Program-made: the position numbers and the translations under genes
Source: an uncultured Nitrospiraceae bacterium
GTDB taxonomy: Bacteria; Nitrospirota; Thermodesulfovibrionia; Thermodesulfovibrionales; Dissulfurispiraceae
NCBI GenBank assembly: GCA_947085205.1
Contig: CAMTVO010000008.1
Coordinates: 1-25,286, forward strand
Direction: 5' to 3'
DNA: 25,286 bases
Part shown: positions 18,623 through 25,286 of the stretch, piece after piece
Numbering within the stretch: position 1 is the first letter of the stretch
Layout: the number at the start of each line of letters is the position of its first letter
The notes under the pieces: generated by a model
Told to the model about the DNA's origin: nothing
Seen by the model: the letters and a program-made list of their open reading frames with translations, nothing else
Databases searched by the model: none

Positions 18623-19605
18623 TTAATGTCGGGGTAATAGGAGTCGGATATTTAGGACAGCATCACGCCCGTATTTTTTCGGAACTTGGCTCGGAGATTA
18701 CCGGAGATTTTGGCGGAGATTTTAATAATGTAAGGCTTGTCGGTGTTGTTGATGCAGACATTAAAAGGGCCGAAGAGATAGCTAAGAAATACGGATGCAA
18801 TATGTACAGCGACCATCGGGACATGCTTGATAAAGTGGATGCGCTGAGCATTGTAACTCCTACTACCATGCATTATGAAATCGCTATGGACTGCATAAAG
18901 GCGGGGAAAGATATTCTTATAGAAAAGCCTATAACTACAACTGTTGAAGAAGCCGACAGGCTGATTGATGCAGCGGCAAAGGCCGGCACAACAATACAGG
19001 TGGGACACCTCGAGAGATTTAATCCCGTATTTTCAGAGGTGCGTCGCCTGATTGATAATCCGGTATTTATCGAAGCGGAGAGGATGTCTCCGTTTTCAGG
19101 CAGGGGTATTGATGTGGATGTAACCCTTGATTTAATGATACATGATATTGATATAGTCCTTGCTATTATAAATAATCAGACAAATCCCCCCTTTAGTAAA
19201 GGGGGGCAAGGGGGGATTTTTATAAAAGACATCAAGGCAACAGGCGCAAAGGTGCTTACGGATAATATTGATATTGCGATGGCGTGGTTTGAATTCGATA
19301 ACGGAGCTCAGGCATTGCTGAAATCGAGCAGGATTTCCTTCGAAAAATCGAGGAAGCTGAAGATATTCCAGAAGGACTCGTACCTCCTTGTGGATTACCA
19401 GAATATGGAGATAAAGAGATTCTACAAAAAAGGAGCGGAGATAAGTCAGGAGTCCGTCCATGTGGATAAAAAAGAGCCTTTGAAAGAGGAGTTGAAAAGC
19501 TTTATTGAATGCGTAACATCTAAAAGCTGTCCTCTCGTCTCTGCGGTTGAGGGCAGGAATGCATTGAAAATTGCACTTCAGATAGGAGATAAGATAAAGA
19601 GATGA
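18619..19605 (+). CDS. gnnA: Gfo/Idh/MocA oxidoreductase, probable UDP-GlcNAc 3-dehydrogenase
   Basis: GVGYLGQHH, EKP, QVGHLERFNP, DLMIHDID; located before a DegT gene and lpxB. Confidence 0.8.
   Translation: MINVGVIGVGYLGQHHARIFSELGSEITGDFGGDFNNVRLVGVVDADIKRAEEIAKKYGCNMYSDHRDMLDKVDALSIVTPTTMHYEIAMDCIKAGKDILIEKPITTTVEEADRLIDAAAKAGTTIQVGHLERFNPVFSEVRRLIDNPVFIEAERMSPFSGRGIDVDVTLDLMIHDIDIVLAIINNQTNPPFSKGGQGGIFIKDIKATGAKVLTDNIDIAMAWFEFDNGAQALLKSSRISFEKSRKLKIFQKDSYLLVDYQNMEIKRFYKKGAEISQESVHVDKKEPLKEELKSFIECVTSKSCPLVSAVEGRNALKIALQIGDKIKR
19182..19219. repeat. G/C-run REP-like palindrome in-frame in gnnA
   Basis: AAATCCCCCCTTTAGTAAAGGGGGGCAAGGGGGGATTT, encoding NPPFSKGGQGGI. Confidence 0.85.
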
Positions 19606-20699
19606 AACCGATGATTGATTTGAAAAAACAGTATCTCGAAATAAAGGATGAGGTTCTTTCCGTACTGAACGAGATACTCGAGAGTTCCCAGTATGTGCTC
19701 GGCAAGAGAGTTTCAGAGCTTGAAGACGGTATCAGGAAATATCACGGAGTAAAGGAGGCAATCGGTGTAGCCTCAGGAACCGACGCCCTTCATCTCTCAT
19801 TGAAGGCGCTCGACATCGGAGACGGAGACGAGGTTATAACTAGCCCTTTTACATTTTTCGCCACGGCCGAGGCGATTTTATACACAGGCGCGAAACCTGT
19901 TTTTGTCGATATAGAGCCTGAGACATATAATATCGACATATCGCTTATTGAAAAGAAAATAACAGGCAGGACAAAGGCAATACTTCCTGTCCACATATTC
20001 GGACATCCGGCTGACATGAAGGCTGTGATGGATATTGCGGCAAAATATAATCTCAAGGTGATAGAAGACTGCGCCCAGTCCTTTGGCGCTTCTTTAAACG
20101 GCACAAAAACAGGGAGCTTCGGAGACGCCGGATGTTTCAGCTTTTACCCGAGCAAAAATTTAGGCGCATACGGTGACGGAGGGATGATTACCCTTAACGA
20201 CTCTCAGGCTGCAGATGAGATAAGGAAATTAAGGAACCACGGCTCCAGGGGCGGATACAGGCATGAATGCCTTGGATACAACAGCAGGCTCGATGAGATA
20301 CAGGCAGGCATCCTCCTTGTAAAGTTTAAAAGAATTGATGAATACAATAAGAAGAGGCGTGAGAATGCTTCATTATATAATAGCCTTCTTTCTGATGCGG
20401 TTGTTACCCCTGTTGAAAAGGATGGCGCCTATCATGTATATCACCAATACACGATAAGAAGCAATAAAAGAGACTTTATACAGCAAAGCCTTAAAGAGCG
20501 CGGCATTTCTTCGGTGGTCTATTATCCCATTCCTTTACATCTGCAGGATGCTGTCAGATTTTTAGGATATAAAGAGGGAGACTTCCCTGTGGCAGAGAAG
20601 GTCTCAAGGGAGGTTTTGTCCCTGCCTATTTATCCTGAACTGGACGATGCAGATATCCGTCTTGCTTCCGAAATAATACACAAATGCTTGAAAGGGTAA
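19602..20699 (+). CDS. gnnB: DegT/DnrJ PLP aminotransferase, probable GnnB
   Basis: SGTDAL, IEDCAQS, FSFYPSKNLGAYGDGG, GYNSRLDEIQA. Confidence 0.8.
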   Translation: MKPMIDLKKQYLEIKDEVLSVLNEILESSQYVLGKRVSELEDGIRKYHGVKEAIGVASGTDALHLSLKALDIGDGDEVITSPFTFFATAEAILYTGAKPVFVDIEPETYNIDISLIEKKITGRTKAILPVHIFGHPADMKAVMDIAAKYNLKVIEDCAQSFGASLNGTKTGSFGDAGCFSFYPSKNLGAYGDGGMITLNDSQAADEIRKLRNHGSRGGYRHECLGYNSRLDEIQAGILLVKFKRIDEYNKKRRENASLYNSLLSDAVVTPVEKDGAYHVYHQYTIRSNKRDFIQQSLKERGISSVVYYPIPLHLQDAVRFLGYKEGDFPVAEKVSREVLSLPIYPELDDADIRLASEIIHKCLKG

Positions 20700-21871
20700 T
20701 GATAGTCTCGGGAGAGAGCTCCGGAGAGCTGTATGGCGCTTTCCTTGCAAAGGCGCTGAAGCTAAGAAATCCCGAGATAAGCATTACCGGCATAGGAGGG
20801 GATAGGATGCAGTCCTCAGGGGTTAATCTTATCTCGAGAATATCGAGCTCCTTTGGCATTACAGAAGCGATAAAGACTTACAGCGAGATTAAAAGAACAT
20901 TTGAGAAGGTTGTTGCTGCGCTTAAGTCTTTCAAGCCGCAGGTGCTTGTCCTGATAGACTATCCGGATTTCAATATGAGGGTCGCAAAAGAAGCCAAGAA
21001 GCTCGGGATAAAGGTGCTCTATTATGTAAGTCCTCAGGTATGGGCATGGCGCAAGGGGCGGGTAAAGACCATTGGAAGGCTGATAGATAAGATGGCCGTA
21101 ATACTGCCGTTTGAAGAGGAGATATACAAACATGACGGTATTCCCTGCGAGTTTGTAGGACATCCTATTCTGGATGAGATAAGGGAAGTCCTCCATGAGT
21201 TAGGAGTTCAGAATTTAATAGCCAATGATCTCAAAGCTAAAGTTAAAGAAGAACTCGGACTGATGCCTGACAAGCCTGTGCTGACGCTCATGCCCGGCAG
21301 CAGGCAGCATGAGATTAAAAAGCTTCTTCCTGTAATGTCCGATGTTATCAAGGAAATGAAGGAACGTTATCCTGACTACCAGTTTGTGATGCCTGTTGCG
21401 CCTAATTTAGACAGTAATGCGTTATCCGTAATGAGTAACGAGTTAAAGAAAAATGCCCATAACGCATTACGCATTACGCATCACTCAATTAAAGCCCTTC
21501 TGTCGGCAGATATTGCGCTTATTGCATCAGGCACATCAGCCCTCCAGTCTGCGCTTTTAGGAGTTCCGATGGTGGTTATATACAAGCTCTCGCCTCTTAC
21601 TTATCTTATTGGCAGATTGATTGTAAAAGTGAGACATATATCCCTTGTCAACATCCTTCTCGATTATTTGGAGGGTCAAGGGTTAAGAATTAAAGAATTA
21701 TTACAAAAAGATGCAAATACAGAAAACATTTTAGAAGAATTGTCCAAAATTACTACAGATTCGAATTACAGGAACGAGATGGCATCACAGATGGAAAAGG
21801 TGAGGGCGCTGTTTGTGGAGAAAGAGGCATCAAGCAGGGTTGCAGAGATGGTACGGAATTTGGTAGCTTAA
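20684..21871 (+). CDS. lpxB: Lipid A disaccharide synthase
   Basis: GESSGE, IDYPDFN, YYVSPQVWAWR, ILPFE, FVGHP, PGSR, ASGT. Confidence 0.96.
   Translation: MLERVMIVSGESSGELYGAFLAKALKLRNPEISITGIGGDRMQSSGVNLISRISSSFGITEAIKTYSEIKRTFEKVVAALKSFKPQVLVLIDYPDFNMRVAKEAKKLGIKVLYYVSPQVWAWRKGRVKTIGRLIDKMAVILPFEEEIYKHDGIPCEFVGHPILDEIREVLHELGVQNLIANDLKAKVKEELGLMPDKPVLTLMPGSRQHEIKKLLPVMSDVIKEMKERYPDYQFVMPVAPNLDSNALSVMSNELKKNAHNALRITHHSIKALLSADIALIASGTSALQSALLGVPMVVIYKLSPLTYLIGRLIVKVRHISLVNILLDYLEGQGLRIKELLQKDANTENILEELSKITTDSNYRNEMASQMEKVRALFVEKEASSRVAEMVRNLVA
21414..21486. repeat. Inverted pair of heptamer arrays in-frame in lpxB
   Basis: GTAATGC GTTATCC GTAATGA GTAACGA ... CATAACG CATTACG CATTACG CATCACT. 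Confidence 0.75.
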
Positions 21872-21875
21872 GGCA

Positions 21876-23606
21876 ATGTTCAAAAGAATAATGCTTCTTG
21901 TCAGGCCATACTGGGGCAGGATAGCTGTTGCCGCCTTGATGAGCCTTCTCATTTCAGGAATGAACGGCGGTCTTGCATGGCTTGTCAAGCCTGCACTCGA
22001 TGGAATCTTCCTCAAAAAGGACGCAGCCCTTCTGGCCCTTCTGCCGTTTGCAATTCTTGCGCTGTATCTGCTGAGAGGGGTCTTTTCGTTTTTTCAGTCT
22101 TATCTGATGAGGTCGGTAGGAGCAAAAGTTGTAAGGGATATAAGGGGTAAACTGTATGGACACTTATTGTATTTGCCAGTTAATGATTTTAAAAAGGAGT
22201 CATCGGGTTTATTACTGTCGAGGACAATAAATGACACAGGTCAATTGCAGGGACTTCTTGCATACACCGTTAAAGATATTTTTGTAGAAAGCGCCACAAT
22301 AATAGTTCTTCTTTTTGTTGCATTTTACAGGAGATGGGATCTTGCACTGGTGTCTGTTATTGTCCTCCCTGCAGCTTTTTATGGCGCTCAAAGGCTTGGG
22401 AAAAGACTTAAAAAGATCAGTAAAGAGGCCCAGAAGAAGATTTCAGTAATAACAGAATTCCTTTCAGAGACATTCTCAGGAATAAAAATGATAAAGATTT
22501 TTGGCCGGGAAGGCTCATTAATAAATATATTCAGGGATAGAAATCAGGACTACTACAGGGAACTGATGCGTTCTACGAGGGTTGTGGAGTTCACATCGCT
22601 AATGATGGAGGTAATTGGAGGTCTGGGGATTGCATTTGTCTTATGGTATGGCGGGAGACTTGTGATTAAGAATGTTATTACGCCGGGAGAATTCTTTTCC
22701 TTTTTAACGGCGATCTTCATGATTTATACGCCTGCAAAGAGGCTTGCAGCGGCAAATAACGGCATTCAGCAGTCAAAGGCGGTGCTTGAAAGGCTCGATG
22801 AACTCTTCGATAAAGAGAAGGAGTCCGAGGAGAAAGATAATTTAAAGCCTATAAACGGCTATATAGAATTTAGAAATGTATCCTTTAAGTATCCAACTTC
22901 AAAAAATTATATTCTTAATGATGTAACCCTTACTGTTAAGAAGGGAGAGATTATTGCAATTGTTGGAAGGAGCGGTGCTGGCAAGACGAGCCTCGTTGAC
23001 CTCATACCGAGATTTTACGACCCTGTAAGCGGTGCAATTTATATCGACGGCATCAATATTGCAAATGTCGGTCTCAAATCGTTAAGACACCAGATAGGGC
23101 TTGTAAGTCAGGATGTCATTCTCTTTAATGATACTGTGAAGGCAAACATAATCTTTGGCAATCCCGGTGCCTCCGAGGAAGATATAGTAAAGGCTGCGAA
23201 GGCAGCGTATGCCCATGACTTTATCCTTGAGCTGCCCAAGGGCTATGACACAGTGATAGGGGAAAGGGGTGTTATGATTTCGGGGGGGCAGAGGCAGAGA
23301 CTTTCCATAGCCCGTGCTATACTTAAAAATCCTCCTATATTGATTCTTGATGAGGCTACATCAGCCCTTGATACAGAGTCGGAGATGATGGTTCAGAGGG
23401 CTCTTGATACCCTCATGGAGCACAGGACCACCTTTGTTATCGCCCACAGGCTTTCTACCGTGCAGAAGGCGGACAGGGTCGTAGTGCTCGAAAAAGGCAG
23501 GATAGCCGAGATGGGAAGTCATGAGGAGCTTTTGGCTCATGGCGGGATTTATAAAAAACTGTACGACCTTCAGATTTCTTCGGCAGCAGGGGATACCGAG
23601 CGATAA
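21876..23606 (+). CDS. msbA: Lipid A export ABC transporter
   Basis: TMD plus GRSGAGKT, ISGGQRQR, ILDEATSALD; lipid A operon context. Confidence 0.9.
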   Translation: MFKRIMLLVRPYWGRIAVAALMSLLISGMNGGLAWLVKPALDGIFLKKDAALLALLPFAILALYLLRGVFSFFQSYLMRSVGAKVVRDIRGKLYGHLLYLPVNDFKKESSGLLLSRTINDTGQLQGLLAYTVKDIFVESATIIVLLFVAFYRRWDLALVSVIVLPAAFYGAQRLGKRLKKISKEAQKKISVITEFLSETFSGIKMIKIFGREGSLINIFRDRNQDYYRELMRSTRVVEFTSLMMEVIGGLGIAFVLWYGGRLVIKNVITPGEFFSFLTAIFMIYTPAKRLAAANNGIQQSKAVLERLDELFDKEKESEEKDNLKPINGYIEFRNVSFKYPTSKNYILNDVTLTVKKGEIIAIVGRSGAGKTSLVDLIPRFYDPVSGAIYIDGINIANVGLKSLRHQIGLVSQDVILFNDTVKANIIFGNPGASEEDIVKAAKAAYAHDFILELPKGYDTVIGERGVMISGGQRQRLSIARAILKNPPILILDEATSALDTESEMMVQRALDTLMEHRTTFVIAHRLSTVQKADRVVVLEKGRIAEMGSHEELLAHGGIYKKLYDLQISSAAGDTER

Positions 23607-23694
23607 CAAAAATGCATTTAACATTTAATAACAGGTATGCATACATCAAATGCACGATTGGGGTTAAACGGAATACAATTTCATTGTTCAGATT

Positions 23695-24966
23695 ATGTAT
23701 TTGATTTATAGCATACTCTACTTTTTATCGCTACTCTTTCTATTCCCGTTTGAATACCTGAAACGGCCGAAGGAATTGCGCAGGAGATGGCTCAGGGAGA
23801 GATTGGGTCTTTATAAGACAACACTCCATTGCTCCAACACTCCATTCCCTTCCATCTGGATTCATGCAGTCTCTATGGGAGAGGCGATAGCATCAGTACC
23901 ATTAGTAAAAAAAATAAAGTCCAGATACCCGTCCGCGGAGATTGTTGTTTCTACTGTCACAGATACAGGCCAAAAGGTTGCAAAGGAGAGGGTGGGTGAC
24001 ATTGCAAGAATTATTTATGTTCCATTCGACCTGCCATTCATAATAAGAAACACTGTTAAGAATATCAGGCCGTCCCTTTTTATTATCATGGAAACAGAAT
24101 TATGGCCAAATATTATCAGGATTTTAAGCCGACTTGGCGTGCCTGTGGTATTGATGAACGGAAGGATATCAGAAAAATCATTCAGCGGCTACAAAAAACT
24201 TGGATTTTTTATAAAGGATGTTTTGAAAAATATGAGCCTTCTCTGCATGCAAAACGAATTGTATGCAGACAGGATTAAGGCTCTGGGCGCAGAACATGAT
24301 AAGGTGAGAATAATTGGAAGTTTTAAGTTCGATACAAGACCTTCTTTATCAGCTCCTGAATGGACAAAGGCATTAAAGGGGACTGTTGTAATAGCAGGAA
24401 GCACGCACAGGACAGAAGAGGATTTGATTATCGACGCCTATGTAAAACTTAAAGCCGGTTTCCCGACGCTCAATCTTATTATTGCGCCGAGACATCCAGA
24501 AAGGTTTAAAGAAGTGGAAGACCTGCTCAAAAGAAATGATATTGAATACCTAAAGCGATCGGAAATCTCAAACTTCGACACTCCAACACTCCAACACCAC
24601 GCTGGTTCCGGTATTGCCGTTCTCCTCGATGCCGTCGGCGAGCTTGCCTCTGTTTACGGCGCATGCGATATTGCGATTATGGGAGGAAGCTTTATACAGC
24701 ATGGAGGCCAAAATCCGCTTGAGCCTGCATACTGGGGAAAGGCCATTGTCTGCGGCCCGCATATGGAGAACTTCCCGTTTATTGACGAATTTTACAAAAA
24801 CGGAGGCGCGTTAAAAACGGATGCGGACAATCTGCGCCAATCGCTGAAAGAACTCCTCTCCGATCAAGGGAAAATGTCGGCGATGGGGAAAACGGCAAAA
24901 GAACTTTATGAGAAAAATTCAGGCGCAGTTGAAAGGGCGATGAAGGAGATAGAGAGATATTTATGA
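23695..24966 (+). CDS. waaA: Kdo transferase
   Basis: IWIHAVSMGE, METELWPN, NGRIS, AGSTH, IAPRHPER, GGQNPLEPA. Confidence 0.95.
   Translation: MYLIYSILYFLSLLFLFPFEYLKRPKELRRRWLRERLGLYKTTLHCSNTPFPSIWIHAVSMGEAIASVPLVKKIKSRYPSAEIVVSTVTDTGQKVAKERVGDIARIIYVPFDLPFIIRNTVKNIRPSLFIIMETELWPNIIRILSRLGVPVVLMNGRISEKSFSGYKKLGFFIKDVLKNMSLLCMQNELYADRIKALGAEHDKVRIIGSFKFDTRPSLSAPEWTKALKGTVVIAGSTHRTEEDLIIDAYVKLKAGFPTLNLIIAPRHPERFKEVEDLLKRNDIEYLKRSEISNFDTPTLQHHAGSGIAVLLDAVGELASVYGACDIAIMGGSFIQHGGQNPLEPAYWGKAIVCGPHMENFPFIDEFYKNGGALKTDADNLRQSLKELLSDQGKMSAMGKTAKELYEKNSGAVERAMKEIERYL
23819..23846. repeat. Octamer array in-frame in waaA
   Basis: ACACTCCA TTGCTCCA ACACTCCA TT. Confidence 0.75.
24578..24598. repeat. 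Second octamer array in-frame in waaA
   Basis: ACACTCCA ACACTCCA ACACC. Confidence 0.75.
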
Positions 24967-24968
24967 TT

Positions 24969-25010
24969 TTTCCAATATTTTGCCCTAAAAGGCTAAATAT
25001 TGGAAATTTT
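24969..25010 (+). terminator. Hairpin after waaA
   Basis: TTTCCAATATTT(T)GCC-N6-GGC(T)AAATATTGGAAA followed by TTTT. Confidence 0.55.
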
Positions 25011-25042
25011 GACTAATAGGTTGTAAAATCAGGCTGATAGAG

Positions 25043-25286
25043 ATGTTCGATAAGCTTGTAGAATATGCCGAAGCAAAAGGAGCAAACAGGAAAGCCCCGT
25101 TCTTTTTTTTCCTTGATGAGATTCAACGTCTCCCGCGCTGGGAGTTGTTTCTAAAAAAATACTATGATCTCAAAGTCCCTGTCCGGTTTGTCATTTCAGG
25201 TTCCGCGTCATCTCACATCTTTCGCAGCAGCCAGGAAAGCCTTCTCGGTCGCATAAAAGACCGACACTTGTTGCCGTTCAGCTTCC
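25043..25286 (+). pseudogene. 5'-truncated AAA_14/DUF4143-type ATPase, runs off the window end
   Basis: FFFLDEIQ Walker B, VISGSAS, ESLLGR, LLPFSF; in-frame TGA at 25010-25012 leaves no Walker A. Confidence 0.7.

Overview
Bacterial chromosomal window with moderate GC content. Gene order and protein style suggest an anaerobic Gram-negative, tentatively Nitrospirota/Thermodesulfovibrionia or deltaproteobacteria-like (inference only). Left third is nitrogen-related: Mo-nitrogenase nifH-nifD on the minus strand with a sigma54 promoter and NifA-type UAS, an RHH/PIN toxin-antitoxin pair, an EndoQ-like PHP nuclease, an orphan, a remnant of a second P-II gene, and a sigma54-driven GATase-glnB-glnA operon. 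Next come cheW and an MCP, then the minus-strand run (VCBS-like protein)-uppS-cdsA-dxr-rseP-NUDIX-rfaE2. The plus-strand envelope run is bamD-sirC-gnnA-gnnB-lpxB-msbA-waaA, followed by a 5'-truncated AAA ATPase. The most striking feature not explained by gene calls is about 15 short degenerate 7/8/9-nt tandem arrays of several unit families, often in inverted pairs, plus two REP-like palindromes. They sit at gene junctions, overlap start/stop codons, abut a deletion breakpoint and lie in-frame inside housekeeping genes (dxr, cdsA, bamD, gnnA, lpxB, waaA).
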